From NCBI RefSeq assembly GCF_056712565.1, contig NZ_CM160072.1: a DNA stretch of 64,000 nt; one strand, written 5' to 3'. The notes beneath the pieces were generated by a model that had not been told where the DNA came from, ran no database searches, and saw only the letters and a program-made list of their open reading frames with translations. A program made the position numbers and the translations under genes. How positions within the stretch are numbered: position 1 is the first letter of the stretch; the number at the start of each line of letters is the position of its first letter. This document shows, one piece after another, positions 11,528 through 22,610 of this stretch.

Positions 11528-12247
11528 TTATTGGCAATATTGTTTCAGTAGTGAGTAGTGTTCTGCCTGAATACGGTAACGGTAAACCGGACGCCCCGTG
11601 ACGCCATAATGGATACTGGTGAACAATATGTGGCAGTTGACCAGCCAGATAAGGTATTTACGGCAGGAAACACGCGAGATGTTAACCTCGTTAGCCAGCT
11701 CGTCGGTTGAAAACTCATAGTCCTGATGCGCGTCAATCCACTGGCACAGCGTGCGTAACGTCTGCGGCGTTAAGCCTTTTGGCAAGCGACGAGGATCCTG
11801 CTCGTTGGAGCTGCTGCCGTGGATTAGCTGATCAAGCTCGGCCTGGTCATAATACTGATGTTTTTCCAGCGCCATTTTCTTTTGCCGCCAGCCGGTGAGC
11901 GCCTCTTCAAAGCGGGAAGCCTGGAAGGGTTTGATCAGGTAATCCACAACACCGTAATGCAGCGAATCTTTAATGGTTACTGCATCGGCAGCGGAGGAGA
12001 TGACAATCACATCACTTTTGCAACGCGCGTTATGCAGGACAGGCAGTAAATCGAGCCCGTTCTCTTTTTGCATATAGATATCTAGCAATATCAGGTCGAT
12101 AGGCGTATCGCTATTGAAGATAATCTCTTTGGCTTTCTCCAGCGTCGAAGCCGTTCCACAGCATTGAAAGCCCGGGATTTGTGCCACGTATCGGCGATTC
12201 AGCTCCGCGACCATTGCGTCGTCATCGATAATTAATACATTGATCAT
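11528..12247 (-). CDS. dcuR: Response regulator of the DcuS-DcuR two-component system
   Basis: 239-aa ORF with receiver domain (LILLDIYMQKENGLDLL); start overlaps dcuS stop by 4 nt. Confidence 0.95.
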   Translation of the reverse strand: MINVLIIDDDAMVAELNRRYVAQIPGFQCCGTASTLEKAKEIIFNSDTPIDLILLDIYMQKENGLDLLPVLHNARCKSDVIVISSAADAVTIKDSLHYGVVDYLIKPFQASRFEEALTGWRQKKMALEKHQYYDQAELDQLIHGSSSNEQDPRRLPKGLTPQTLRTLCQWIDAHQDYEFSTDELANEVNISRVSCRKYLIWLVNCHILFTSIHYGVTGRPVYRYRIQAEHYSLLKQYCQ

Positions 12248-13875
12248 CTGTTCGACCTCTCCCCGTCCCAGGGTATCTGGACAAAAAATTGTGTGAAAAT
12301 CCCGGGTTCCGATTCCACGGCGATGCTGCCGCCGAGATTTTCTACCTGTTGTTTGACAAGTGCTAAACCGACGCCTCGCTCGCTTCCTTTTGTCGAGACA
12401 CCTTTGTCAAAAATGTGATCGATTTTGTCGGGTGCGATCCCCGGTCCATCATCGTTAACTTCGCAGTGCAGCCAGCCGTGACGGTAGTGCAATGTTACGC
12501 TAATTTCGCCACCGGGTTCCGGTCCTAATGCCTCCAGCGCGTTTTCTATCAGATTTCCCAACGTGGTAATCAGCGTCGCGACCTGATCCTCACTACCGCT
12601 GTCTGGCAGCTGGCTTTCACTGTTTAAAATCAGCGTATGGCCTAAATCGGTCGCGCGGTTAATCTTGCTGATTAAAAAACCAGCGATAACCGGAGATTTG
12701 ATCTTACCCAGCAGAGAGCCAATCTCTTCCTGATAGTTATTGGCTGTTTTGAGAATGTAATCTTCCAACTGCTTATAACTCTTCAGATGCAATAATCCGA
12801 GAATCACATGCAATTTATTCATAAATTCGTGGGATCGTTCACGAAGTGCGTCAGCATAGTTGACCAGACCGTCGAGTCGCTGCATCAGTTTACGTACTTC
12901 AGTTTTGTCCCTGAAGGTTGAAATGGCACCGATGATAACGCCATTACTGCGCACCGGAACGGTGTTGATCAGTAATAGTCGGTCCTTAATCGTAATCTCT
13001 TCGTCGCGGCGTGGGGTTCCGTCGCGTAACACTTCCGAGACATCTACCACCTGTGACCACGAGTGGCTTAGCGTCGACAGTTTCTCATCGTCCTGCGACT
13101 TACGGTAATTCAGCAATTCTTGTGCGGCATCGTTGATCAGCGTGACCTCGCCGCGATCGTCCACGGCAACGACGCCTTCTTTGATGGACTGCAACATGGC
13201 CTGGCGTTGCTCAAACAGTGTGGAGATTTCGTAGGGTTCCAGGCCGAAAAGGATTTTTTTCAGTACGTTAACCAGAATGCATGTGCCGATCAGTCCGACC
13301 AGCATGCCAAATAGTACCGACCAGATAATGCTCCAGCGACTGTCATTGATCTGTTGGGTCACGCGGCTTAACTCAAGGCCGATCGCCACCACGCCAATTT
13401 GTTTATGATTTTCATCGTAGATGGGGGTAAATACGCGTAAAGCCTGCGCCAGAAAACCGCGATTGATAGCGACATTTTCTTCGCCATTCAGCGCTTTAAG
13501 GATGTCATCACCTTTAAATGGCTGACCAATACGCTGGGCTTCAGGATGCGAGTAGCGAAGGCTTTGCATATCGGTAACGACAATAAACAGCAGATCGTTG
13601 CGTTTGCGCACGGCTTCCGCGATGGCCTGGATTCCACTCTCCTGCGGTTTTTTCTGCAAGCCCTGACGGATTTCCGGCGAGTCGGCGAGGGTACGCGCTA
13701 CTGCCAGTGCCTTGTTAGCTAGCCCGTCTCGCGTCATATCACTGATTTGCGAGAAGTAAATCAGATGCACCACCAATAGCACCGAGAACAGTACCGCGCT
13801 GACCATTAAGATCACAGTGGTACTCAATTTCATCGGACGTTTGCGTAACATACGGTAGGGCAATGAATGTCTCAT
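12244..13875 (-). CDS. dcuS: C4-dicarboxylate sensor histidine kinase
   Basis: 543-aa ORF with N-terminal TM segments, periplasmic sensor, PAS and kinase core. Confidence 0.95.
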   Translation of the reverse strand: MRHSLPYRMLRKRPMKLSTTVILMVSAVLFSVLLVVHLIYFSQISDMTRDGLANKALAVARTLADSPEIRQGLQKKPQESGIQAIAEAVRKRNDLLFIVVTDMQSLRYSHPEAQRIGQPFKGDDILKALNGEENVAINRGFLAQALRVFTPIYDENHKQIGVVAIGLELSRVTQQINDSRWSIIWSVLFGMLVGLIGTCILVNVLKKILFGLEPYEISTLFEQRQAMLQSIKEGVVAVDDRGEVTLINDAAQELLNYRKSQDDEKLSTLSHSWSQVVDVSEVLRDGTPRRDEEITIKDRLLLINTVPVRSNGVIIGAISTFRDKTEVRKLMQRLDGLVNYADALRERSHEFMNKLHVILGLLHLKSYKQLEDYILKTANNYQEEIGSLLGKIKSPVIAGFLISKINRATDLGHTLILNSESQLPDSGSEDQVATLITTLGNLIENALEALGPEPGGEISVTLHYRHGWLHCEVNDDGPGIAPDKIDHIFDKGVSTKGSERGVGLALVKQQVENLGGSIAVESEPGIFTQFFVQIPWDGERSNR

Positions 13876-14055
13876 CAGCTTCCTTGTGTGACAAATTTCT
13901 TAAGCATTATCTCTGATGAGGCGGGTAATTCAAAGGGAGTAAGAATGATTGGCTATATAGGGGAAGAGACTCTGGCAACGGAAACTGCCAGTGCTGTATG
14001 AAGATTCCGGGGCTATGCTTATAGCGATAATCATACTGATGAGAGAGGGAAGGTC

Positions 14056-14286
14056 ATGGATCGGGCGCTACTGGACGGGGGTTATCGCTGTTATACCGGC
14101 GAAAATATCGATGTCTATTTTAACACTGCGATATGTCAGCATTCTGGCAATTGCGTACGTGGCAACGGCAAGTTATTTAATCTCAAACGAAAGCCGTGGA
14201 TCATGCCGGATGAAGTCGACGTTGCCACTGTGGTTAAAGTGATTGATACGTGCCCGAGTGGCGCGCTGAAATACCGTCATAAATAA
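14056..14286 (+). CDS. yjdI: Small Cys-containing protein YjdI
   Basis: 76-aa [36 protein letters not shown]... Confidence 0.85.
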   Translation: MDRALLDGGYRCYTGENIDVYFNTAICQHSGNCVRGNGKLFNLKRKPWIMPDEVDVATVVKVIDTCPSGALKYRHK

Positions 14287-14297
14287 GCGAGGGTAAA

Positions 14298-14570
14298 ATG
14301 GAAATACGCGAAGGCCACAATAAATTTTACATTAATGACGAACAAGGCAAGCAAATCGCTGAAATTGTCTTTGTGCCGACCGGAGAGAATTTAGCGATTA
14401 TCGAACATACCGATGTCGATGAAAGCCTGAAAGGGCAAGGGATTGGTAAACAGCTGGTTGCGAAAGTCGTGGAAAAAATGCGTCGGGAAAAACGAAAAAT
14501 TATCCCACTATGCCCATTTGCGAAACACGAATTTGATAAAACACGGGAGTATGATGATATTCGCAGTTGA
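14298..14570 (+). CDS. yjdJ: Small GNAT-like protein YjdJ
   Basis: 90-aa ORF 11 nt downstream of yjdI. Confidence 0.85.
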   Translation: MEIREGHNKFYINDEQGKQIAEIVFVPTGENLAIIEHTDVDESLKGQGIGKQLVAKVVEKMRREKRKIIPLCPFAKHEFDKTREYDDIRS

Positions 14571-14797
14571 TGGGAGAGTACAGAGTCACGATATTTTTCA
14601 TGCTCTCCGCGGTGTGATGCAGGAGAGCATCTGAAGGGTAGGGGGATGCACAAAGAATGGTCAGAGAGAGCGTTTTTTTGTCCCAAGTCATCCCCTTTAC
14701 TGAGCAAAAAAAAAGAATATCTCCTATATGAGAATCATCATTCGGGGTTAATAAGTTTTGCGTCCCCAGAGCGTTCAATATTGATAGGAGTCATATT

Positions 14798-15094
14798 ATG
14801 GAAGGTAAAAACAAGTTCAATACTTATGTTGTTTCTTTTGATTATCCATCATCTTATTCCTCAGTGTTCTTAAGGTTAAGATCATTGATGTATGATATGA
14901 ATTTCTCCTCTATCGTGGCTGATGAATATGGGATACCACGACAATTGAATGAAAACTCCTTCGCAATAACGACATCGTTAGCCGCAAGTGAAATCGAAGA
15001 TTTAATCAGGCTCAAATGCTTAGACTTACCGGATATTGATTTTGACCTCAGCATTATGACAGTTGATGACTATTTCCGTCAGTTTTACAAGTAG
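14798..15094 (+). CDS. ghoS: Type V antitoxin GhoS (endoribonuclease cleaving ghoT mRNA)
   Basis: 98-aa ORF MEGKNKFNTYVVSFDYPSSYSSVF...; immediately upstream of ghoT. Confidence 0.85.
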   Translation: MEGKNKFNTYVVSFDYPSSYSSVFLRLRSLMYDMNFSSIVADEYGIPRQLNENSFAITTSLAASEIEDLIRLKCLDLPDIDFDLSIMTVDDYFRQFYK

Positions 15095-15121
15095 CCAGGA
15101 AGGATAAGAAGAACATAAAAA

Positions 15122-15295
15122 ATGGCACTATTCTCTAAAATATTAATTTTTTATGTGATTGGTGTGAACATATCCTTTGTCATTATCTGGTTTATCTCAC
15201 ATGAGAAAACACATATTCGTTTACTTAGTGCATTTCTGGTCGGAATAACCTGGCCAATGAGTCTTCCTGTGGCATTACTTTTTTCTCTCTTTTAG
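15122..15295 (+). CDS. ghoT: Type V toxin GhoT, small membrane-lytic peptide (57 aa); absent from the ORF track because it is under 60 aa
   Basis: Manual translation ATG 15122 to TAG 15293-15295: MALFSKILIFYVIGVNISFVIIWFISHEKTHIRLLSAFLVGITWPMSLPVALLFSLF. Confidence 0.8.
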   Translation: MALFSKILIFYVIGVNISFVIIWFISHEKTHIRLLSAFLVGITWPMSLPVALLFSLF

Positions 15296-15370
15296 GAGCT
15301 GTAGTTGAGTGGACCCGCTGGTTATCTTGAAACGAAGCGTCTCTCCTCAAAACTGGATTTGCGGAATGAC

Positions 15371-15400
15371 GAACGAAGCAGTCGCCTGACTGCTTCGTTC
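15371..15400. terminator. Stem-loop between convergent ghoT and lysU (possible bidirectional terminator)
   Basis: gaacgaagcag...ctgcttcgttc perfect 11-bp inverted repeat followed by a T-rich tract on the plus strand. Confidence 0.35.
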
Positions 15401-15413
15401 ATTAAAGTGAAAT

Positions 15414-16931
15414 TTATTTCTGTGGGCGCATCGCCGGGAAGAGAATAACGTCGCGAATAGTATGACTGTTTGTAAACAGCATAATCATTCGGTCGATACC
15501 AATACCCAGACCAGCGGTTGGCGGCAGACCATATTCCAGCGCAGTCACGTAATCTTCGTCATAGAACATGGCTTCGTCGTCACCTGCAGCTTTAGCGTTA
15601 ACCTGTTCCTGGAAACGTTCAGCCTGATCTTCTGCGTCGTTTAATTCGCTAAAACCATTACCGATTTCACGACCACCGATGAAGAATTCAAAACGGTCGG
15701 TGATTTCCGGGTTAACATCATTACGGCGCGCCAGCGGGGACACTTCTGCCGGATATTCCGTAATAAAGGTTGGCTGAATCAGATGTGCTTCTGCCACTTC
15801 ATCAAAGATCTCCGTAACAATACGTCCCAGTCCCCAGCTTTTCTCTACCGTAATACCGATAGATTCAGCTAATGCTTTAGCAGCATCAAAATTATCCAGA
15901 TCCGCCATATCGGTTTCTGGACGATATTTTTTGATTGCTTCGCGCATGGTGAGTTTTTCAAACGGTTTGCCGAAATCAAACACATGCTCGCCATAAGTGA
16001 CTTTAGTGGTACCCAGTACCTCTTGTGCCAGGGTGCGGAACAGTGACTCCGTCAGTTCAATCAAATCGTGGTAATCCGCATATGCCATGTAGAGTTCCAT
16101 CATTGTGAACTCAGGATTATGGCGAACAGAAATACCTTCATTACGGAAGTTACGGTTGATTTCGAATACCCGTTCAAAACCGCCTACAACCAGACGTTTC
16201 AGATACAGCTCCGGCGCGATACGCAGGTACATATCTAAATCCAGAGCGTTATGATGGGTAATAAACGGGCGAGCAGATGCCCCACCTGGAATTACCTGCA
16301 TCATCGGGGTTTCTACTTCCATAAAGCCGCGCGCGACCATGAACTGACGGATAGCGGCCAGAATTTTTGAACGGACAACAAACGTTTGACGGGATTTATC
16401 GTTAGCGATGAGGTCCAGATAACGTTGACGATAACGGACTTCCTGATCCTGCAGACCATGGAATTTATCTGGTAAAGGACGTAGTGCTTTAGTCAGCAGG
16501 CGCAGCTCAGTACAGTGAATGGAAAGCTCACCCGTTTGCGTCTTAAACAGCGTACCGCGGGCACCGATAATGTCACCCAGATCCCATTTTTTAAACTGAT
16601 CGTTATAAACACCTTCTGGCAGGCTATCTCTTGCAACGTACAGTTGAATACGGCCACCGACATCCTGCAACGTTACAAAGGAGGCTTTCCCCATAATACG
16701 ACGGGTCATCATTCGGCCAGCAACCGAGACTTCAATGTTTAAGGATTCCAGTTCCTGGTTATCCTTCGCATCAAACTCTTCGTGCAACTGGTCAGAGGTA
16801 TGGTCGCGGCGAAAATCATTGGGAAACGCCACACCTTGCTGACGTAGTGCCGCCAGTTTTTCGCGGCGATTTCTCAGTTCATCGTTAAAATCAATAGCCT
16901 CATTGGCTCCCCGTGTTTCTCGTTCAGACAT
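15414..16931 (-). CDS. lysU: Lysine--tRNA ligase, inducible isoform
   Basis: ORF track 514 aa; canonical start taken at [19 protein letters not shown] (505 aa); class II aaRS motifs. Confidence 0.95.
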   Translation of the reverse strand: MSERETRGANEAIDFNDELRNRREKLAALRQQGVAFPNDFRRDHTSDQLHEEFDAKDNQELESLNIEVSVAGRMMTRRIMGKASFVTLQDVGGRIQLYVARDSLPEGVYNDQFKKWDLGDIIGARGTLFKTQTGELSIHCTELRLLTKALRPLPDKFHGLQDQEVRYRQRYLDLIANDKSRQTFVVRSKILAAIRQFMVARGFMEVETPMMQVIPGGASARPFITHHNALDLDMYLRIAPELYLKRLVVGGFERVFEINRNFRNEGISVRHNPEFTMMELYMAYADYHDLIELTESLFRTLAQEVLGTTKVTYGEHVFDFGKPFEKLTMREAIKKYRPETDMADLDNFDAAKALAESIGITVEKSWGLGRIVTEIFDEVAEAHLIQPTFITEYPAEVSPLARRNDVNPEITDRFEFFIGGREIGNGFSELNDAEDQAERFQEQVNAKAAGDDEAMFYDEDYVTALEYGLPPTAGLGIGIDRMIMLFTNSHTIRDVILFPAMRPQK

Positions 16932-17167
16932 TTTGGTTCCTCTAAATCCAGCTTTCAATTTAGCGTAGATAAAGAGACAGATCGGTACACTGTATTATCT
17001 GCCTCGACTATTAATAACTCAGTTTATCTTATCGAAACTAACGCTTACCTCAAGTTGATATCACTAATAAATAACCATAAAAATGGTTTAAATGACTTAT
17101 TAATCTCGATTTGCTAGTGTGATAAACTGAAAGTTATTTTATTCATAACCAATTGTTTTTACGACAG

Positions 17168-18625
17168 TTAATCGTTGCTCTCCTGTATCATATTCGTCGG
17201 CGTGCTAAACAGAAAACGGGTAGCAAAGGCCAATACCACGATGATCGCGACACAAGCCAACGTCCACTCTCCCATCTGAGAAAAGAATCGCTGGTAAGCG
17301 GCAATTGCCATACCGCTAATTTGCGACTCTGTCGTCTGCTGTGCCACGACGCCTGCCAGCCAGTTGGCGACTGCGCCTGTTGCCAGCATATAAATACCGG
17401 TTAATACGCCAGACATTTTCAGACGCGTGATTTGCGCAATCGCCACCGGGTCAATAAAGAGTTCAGCAAAGCCCATTAGCGCCAGCCCGGATATCATCAC
17501 GCCCATTGACGCTTGACCGCCAGCCGCTGCATGTCGGGCATCAAATGCCAGCAACATAAAGCCACAAGCCATCAGCAGTAAGCCAAAGGCAAACTTCAGC
17601 CAGACGCGCAATGCTGAATTGCCGCGGCTTTCTGGCGACGCCAGCCAGGCCAGAACAACCCCAGCGAGCATCACCGCAATGGCATTCACCGACTGGAATA
17701 GTGCTGTAGGTACTTCAATATTGAATGCCTGACGATTCACAAAGCGATCGATAAACAAGCTGATGGTACTGCCGCCCTGTTGTGCCAGTACCCAGAACAA
17801 CGTCCCGACAAACATCAACAATACAATTTGCCAAAGAGCACGGCGGTGTTCGGGGAATTTGATCATCATGCGGGCAATGATTTGTGCGGCAATGAGGCAA
17901 ACGATCGCCAGCAAATATCCGGACCAGTCGTTCTCCAGCAGCAGGGTAAAAAATACTGGGGCTAAACAGAGCATCACCACTAACCAGCTCCATACTGGTA
18001 AGGCAAATTTGACGCTTGTGAGCGCTTTTTTATCCATACTACGCGTGGACTGGAAATGACGATGACCACTTAAGAAAATCAACAAACCGATAAACATGCC
18101 GCCTCCCGCAAGGGCAAAGCCAACATGCCATCCATACCACTGAGCAGCCAGGCCGCAGGCGATGGGCGCGGCGATAGAACCGATATTGCCCGCAGCATAC
18201 AGCAGCGAAAAACCGCCATCACGTCGATGATCGTTCTCGTCGTAGAGCTCGCCAAGCAAACAGCTGATGTTTGATTTGAATAAACCGTAGCCACAAATAA
18301 TGATTGCCAGCGCCAGATACAGGCTAAAGGTTGAATTTGTATCAATGCCCAGCACCACATGGCCAAGGGTCATTAACAGCGCGCCGGCAATCACTGCAGT
18401 GCGGTTGCCGAGCAGGCGGTCGGCAAGCCAGCCGCCGAGAATAGGGGTAACGTAAACCAGAGAAGCATATGCGCTGAACAGGCTGATGGCATGGTTATCA
18501 TCAAAACCAAGCTGATGGGTGAGATAGAGAATGAGTAAGGCACGCATGCCGTAAAAACTGAAGTACTCCCAGATTTGGATCGCCACGATATAGTATATCG
18601 CGCGCGGCTGTGAGGGTGTTTTCAT
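17168..18625 (-). CDS. dtpC: Proton-dependent dipeptide/tripeptide permease (POT family)
   Basis: 485-aa MFS-type [38 protein letters not shown]... Confidence 0.9.
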   Translation of the reverse strand: MKTPSQPRAIYYIVAIQIWEYFSFYGMRALLILYLTHQLGFDDNHAISLFSAYASLVYVTPILGGWLADRLLGNRTAVIAGALLMTLGHVVLGIDTNSTFSLYLALAIIICGYGLFKSNISCLLGELYDENDHRRDGGFSLLYAAGNIGSIAAPIACGLAAQWYGWHVGFALAGGGMFIGLLIFLSGHRHFQSTRSMDKKALTSVKFALPVWSWLVVMLCLAPVFFTLLLENDWSGYLLAIVCLIAAQIIARMMIKFPEHRRALWQIVLLMFVGTLFWVLAQQGGSTISLFIDRFVNRQAFNIEVPTALFQSVNAIAVMLAGVVLAWLASPESRGNSALRVWLKFAFGLLLMACGFMLLAFDARHAAAGGQASMGVMISGLALMGFAELFIDPVAIAQITRLKMSGVLTGIYMLATGAVANWLAGVVAQQTTESQISGMAIAAYQRFFSQMGEWTLACVAIIVVLAFATRFLFSTPTNMIQESND

Positions 18626-18642
18626 GTGTTCTCCTTATGAGC

Positions 18643-18670
18643 AAAAAAGGGAAGTGGCAAGCCACTTCCC
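18643..18670 (-). terminator. Rho-independent terminator of the cadBA operon
   Basis: A6 then gggaagtggc-aa-gccacttccc hairpin on the plus strand, i.e. hairpin plus U-tract on the minus strand just after the cadA stop at 18684. Confidence 0.5.
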
Positions 18671-18683
18671 TTGTACGAGCTAA

Positions 18684-20831
18684 TTATTTTTTGCTTTCTT
18701 CTTTCAATACCTTAACGGTATAGCGGCCATCAGCCTGACGGTATGCACCGTGAATATCGGTTTCAAAGCCCGGATAGTGAGCGCCGATTTCACACAGCAT
18801 CTGCAGGAACTCCAGAACCGGACGGCTTTCTTCGGTGATCATTTCACCCGGCATTACCAGAGGAACTCCCGGCGGATACGGAAGGATCATATTGGCGTTA
18901 ATACGACCTACCATTTCGTCGAGGTAAACTTCTTCGGTCATACCGTGCAGCTCTTTCTGGAACGCAGCATACGGAGTCATTACCATAGTCGGCAGAACTT
19001 CAAATGCGCGATACATCAGATCCGGCAGATTGTGGTGAACAATCAGTTTGTGGATATTCTGAGCCAGTTCCTGAATACGCATGTTTTCATAGAATTCAGG
19101 ATCTTCACGATACAGAGACGGCAGCATGTTTTTCACACGCAGGTTCAGATCGAACGCACGTTTGAAGTCAGTCAGAGCACGCAGCAGGCTCAGTGCTTTG
19201 GTCTTATCGATACCGATGCTGAACAGGAACAGCAGGTTATACGGACCGGTTTTCTCAACAACGATGCCATGTTCGTCGAGGTATTTCGCCACGATGCTGG
19301 CCGGAATACCAAAGTCGCTCATGGTGCCGTCTTTTTCCATCCCCGGAGTCAGCAGGGTGACTTTGATCGGGTCAAGATACATGTGCTCGTTATCGATGTT
19401 TTTGAAGCCGTGCCAGGTGCTGTCAGAACGCAGCGGCCAGCATTCAGTCGTATCGATATGATCCGGCTGCCATACATCAAAGAACCAGCCATCAGATTCC
19501 GTTCTCAGACGTTTGATCTCTTTACGGAATTTGATCGCACGTTCAATGGAACCATTGATCAGACGTTTACCTGCATTGCCTTTCATCATCGCCGCAGCGG
19601 TTTCAGTGGACGCCACGATACCGTAGTGCGGAGAGGTGGTGGTGTGCATCATGTAGGCTTCGTTAAAGGTTTCTTCGTTTACGTCACCTTTAACGTGGAT
19701 CATGGAAGCCTGAGAGAACGCCGCCAGCAGTTTGTGAGTAGACTGGGTTTCGTAAATCACTTTCCCTTCTACACGGCCACCGCTCATACCGCATTTACCT
19801 TCGTAAATCGGTGAGAAGTTGGTGTAAGGCACCCACGCGGAGTCAAAGTGGATGGATTTCACATCCAGTGTTTTCTTGATGAAGTCGGTGTTGTACAGCA
19901 GACCATCATAGGTAGAGTTGGTAATTACAGCATGTACCGGCCAGGTTGCGTTTGGTGTTTCTTTCACGCGCTTAGCAATGGTAGCGTGCTGGAATTCACT
20001 CTGTGGGATACCACCAAGAATACCGTAAGCGTTACGGGTCGGGCGGAAATAGATTGGCGTAACATCGCTCATCATCATCAGGTGGGTCAGCGATTTGTGG
20101 CAGTTACGGTCAATCAGAATGGTGCTGCCTGCCGGAGCAGAGTACATACCAACAATTTTGTTCGCAGTGGAAGTACCGTTGGTCACCATGTAGCTGCGGT
20201 CTGCGTTAAAGACGCGAGCGATATACTGTTCTGCTTCTTTGTGTGGACCACTGTGATCCAGCAGAGAACCCAATTCAGATACTGAAATGGAAATATCAGA
20301 TTTCATGGTGTTCGGACCAAAGAAATCATAGAACAGGCTACCTACCGGGCTTTTCTGGAATGCAGTACCACCCATGTGACCAGGAGTACAGAAAGTATAT
20401 TTACCTTCACGAACATATTTAAACAGTGCTTTGGTCAGCGGAGGCAGAATAGTGTTGATATATTCGTCAGTGGTCTGCTTGATCTTGTTAGCAATATCAT
20501 CAGCAGCACCCAGCGCATATTCAAAGAAGCTAATCTGTAAACGCAGGTCATTCAGGCTTACATCGAGAGTGGAATACGTATTAGCGAACGCGTACAACGG
20601 CAGGTTCTCGTTCATTTTGCTAATTTCTTCGCACAGCTCGAGATTATATTTATCCCAGTCAAAAATAACGCCGCACAGACGCGCATTGTTTTCGATCAGT
20701 TTTAATAAGTCGTCACGGTCGTTCGGGTAAACAATCTGGAAGTTCAGACGTTCAAGCGCGCGATGAAGTTCACGGATGGGTTCTTCTTTAAAATAAACCC
20801 CCATGTGATTCAATATTGCAATAACGTTCAT
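18684..20831 (-). CDS. cadA: Inducible lysine decarboxylase
   Basis: ORF track 728 aa; canonical start at MNVIAILNHMGVYFKEE (715 aa). Confidence 0.95.
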   Translation of the reverse strand: MNVIAILNHMGVYFKEEPIRELHRALERLNFQIVYPNDRDDLLKLIENNARLCGVIFDWDKYNLELCEEISKMNENLPLYAFANTYSTLDVSLNDLRLQISFFEYALGAADDIANKIKQTTDEYINTILPPLTKALFKYVREGKYTFCTPGHMGGTAFQKSPVGSLFYDFFGPNTMKSDISISVSELGSLLDHSGPHKEAEQYIARVFNADRSYMVTNGTSTANKIVGMYSAPAGSTILIDRNCHKSLTHLMMMSDVTPIYFRPTRNAYGILGGIPQSEFQHATIAKRVKETPNATWPVHAVITNSTYDGLLYNTDFIKKTLDVKSIHFDSAWVPYTNFSPIYEGKCGMSGGRVEGKVIYETQSTHKLLAAFSQASMIHVKGDVNEETFNEAYMMHTTTSPHYGIVASTETAAAMMKGNAGKRLINGSIERAIKFRKEIKRLRTESDGWFFDVWQPDHIDTTECWPLRSDSTWHGFKNIDNEHMYLDPIKVTLLTPGMEKDGTMSDFGIPASIVAKYLDEHGIVVEKTGPYNLLFLFSIGIDKTKALSLLRALTDFKRAFDLNLRVKNMLPSLYREDPEFYENMRIQELAQNIHKLIVHHNLPDLMYRAFEVLPTMVMTPYAAFQKELHGMTEEVYLDEMVGRINANMILPYPPGVPLVMPGEMITEESRPVLEFLQMLCEIGAHYPGFETDIHGAYRQADGRYTVKVLKEESKK

Positions 20832-20910
20832 AGTCATATCTCCAGGTAAAAAAGGCCCCTCCCAACACATGGGACAAAATGAAAGGAGGAGCCTCGGAAA
20901 ATACTTTTAA

Positions 20911-22245
20911 TTAATGTGCGTTAGACGCTGTGTGGTTATCCATTGAGTGGCTCTGGCGCTCGTGCATTTTGCGAGCGTAGAACATCAGGATAATCAGGCT
21001 GACGATGAAGGTACCTGCCAGCTCGAAGGAGCTTGCGCCCATCAGCGCGATGAAGCAGAACACGCAACCCAGTACAGAGCAGATCAGGCTGACAAAGTTG
21101 CGGATGTTAACGCCTTCAAAACGAATCAGGTCAACGCAAGAGTAGAAGTACGGCAGCATAGTCAGCAGTACTGCGATACCGGTCAGTTCACCGAACAGGT
21201 CAGAGGCTTTACCACCGGCAGAGTTCATCAGAGTGATGAGGATCATCAGGGCAGTCATTTTCACTGCAGCCAGCAGCAGACCTTTTTTCGGAATACCGTT
21301 GCTGTCGACTTCACCATAAACTTTCGGGAAGTTACCGTCGTTAGCGGCACGTACACCTGCCTGGCCTACCAACATCATCCAGGAGCCCAGAGAAGTCAGG
21401 CACGCAAAGGCGGTGAATGCAGAAACCAGTGGCGCAGCCCAGTTACCGAGGATAGTTGAAGCACTGATTGCAAACGGAGCACCGGAAGCCGCCATTACAG
21501 AAGACGGATACATACCGGAAAGCACCTGAGTCGCAGCGATGTAAACAATACCTGCTAAACCAGTACCCAGCATGGTTGCCAGCGGAACGGTACGTTTCGG
21601 GTTTTTAACCATACCAGTACTTACTGCTGCGGATTCAACACCCACGAAGGCCCACAGGCAGAGCAGAATACTTTTAATGATCGCATGACCATCAGTGGTA
21701 TCCGCAGTATTCCAGTTAGCTGCATAAGTTGCTGCATCAAACCAATGCCAGCCAACAATAGCAGTCATCACCACAGGAATAAGAACCAGCACCAGACCAA
21801 TCGTGGTTAAACGGCTTACCCAGGTACCGCCGAGCATATTCACAAAGGTAAATACCCAGACGATAGCAATACAGGCGATACCCGCCGGAACAGGATCATT
21901 TAATACTGGGAAGAAGGTGGAAAGATAAGATACAGCGGTAATACCAATTGCCAGGTTACCAATCCAGTTAGCATGGTAATAAAGAACACCTGTCTGAAAA
22001 CCAAATGCAGGGGAAATTTCTCCGGCATACGCAATTGGGCCACCTTGTTGCGGGTTTTTTGTTGCCAGTCGGGCATATACATATGCCAGCGACATTGCAC
22101 CAATAATAGAGATAATCCAACCCCAGATAGCAATACCACCGATACTTGCTAGGTTCGCAGGTAATAATGCAATACCGCTCCCCATCATATTACCGGCAAC
22201 AACACCGGTACAGGCAAATAGCCCGATCTTCTTGGCAGAACTCAT
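20911..22245 (-). CDS. cadB: Lysine:cadaverine antiporter
   Basis: 444-aa APC-family ORF MSSAKKIGLFACTGVVAGNMMGSG... Confidence 0.95.
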   Translation of the reverse strand: MSSAKKIGLFACTGVVAGNMMGSGIALLPANLASIGGIAIWGWIISIIGAMSLAYVYARLATKNPQQGGPIAYAGEISPAFGFQTGVLYYHANWIGNLAIGITAVSYLSTFFPVLNDPVPAGIACIAIVWVFTFVNMLGGTWVSRLTTIGLVLVLIPVVMTAIVGWHWFDAATYAANWNTADTTDGHAIIKSILLCLWAFVGVESAAVSTGMVKNPKRTVPLATMLGTGLAGIVYIAATQVLSGMYPSSVMAASGAPFAISASTILGNWAAPLVSAFTAFACLTSLGSWMMLVGQAGVRAANDGNFPKVYGEVDSNGIPKKGLLLAAVKMTALMILITLMNSAGGKASDLFGELTGIAVLLTMLPYFYSCVDLIRFEGVNIRNFVSLICSVLGCVFCFIALMGASSFELAGTFIVSLIILMFYARKMHERQSHSMDNHTASNAH

Positions 22246-22610
22246 GCTCTTCTCCTAATTTCATTTTTGAATTTGGAGTCCGGGTCATGATGTATAACTA
22301 TTTCCTGACCAGACCAAACTGGCGCTAAGATTACTCACGAAAAAAGGATTAATCCTAAAGATTAGGTGAAATAACACAAAAGTTTCTGTAAGTGAGAACT
22401 TGAGGTTTTTTATTAACACATCAGGATCGCAAGTTGATATCATGAAAAGATAAACATTCAATGTTTACAATGCATTGCGTGACATTCTCTGGTTAAATTT
22501 ATGTAATAAAAATTATGCGGCAAATAAATTGCCGCAACATATTATACCAACGGGAACATACAAAAACTCAACAACAAATATTCCCGAGCATGAATCAACC
22601 CGGGAGTTAC
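22246..22610 (-). promoter_or_regulatory. cadBA promoter region (Pcad; CadC and H-NS sites expected from K-12 knowledge, not mapped here)
   Basis: 365-bp AT-rich intergenic region between cadC and cadB. Confidence 0.45.

Noticed and set aside
18750-19814. 354-aa plus-strand ORF opposite cadA
   Set aside because: Lies entirely antisense to cadA; His/Arg/Phe-rich low-complexity translation; no start context
15414-20870. N-terminally extended ORF-track starts for lysU (16958) and cadA (20870)
   Set aside because: Canonical N-termini MSERETRG... and MNVIAILNHMG... begin at internal Met codons; the extensions are upstream read-through of the ORF finder
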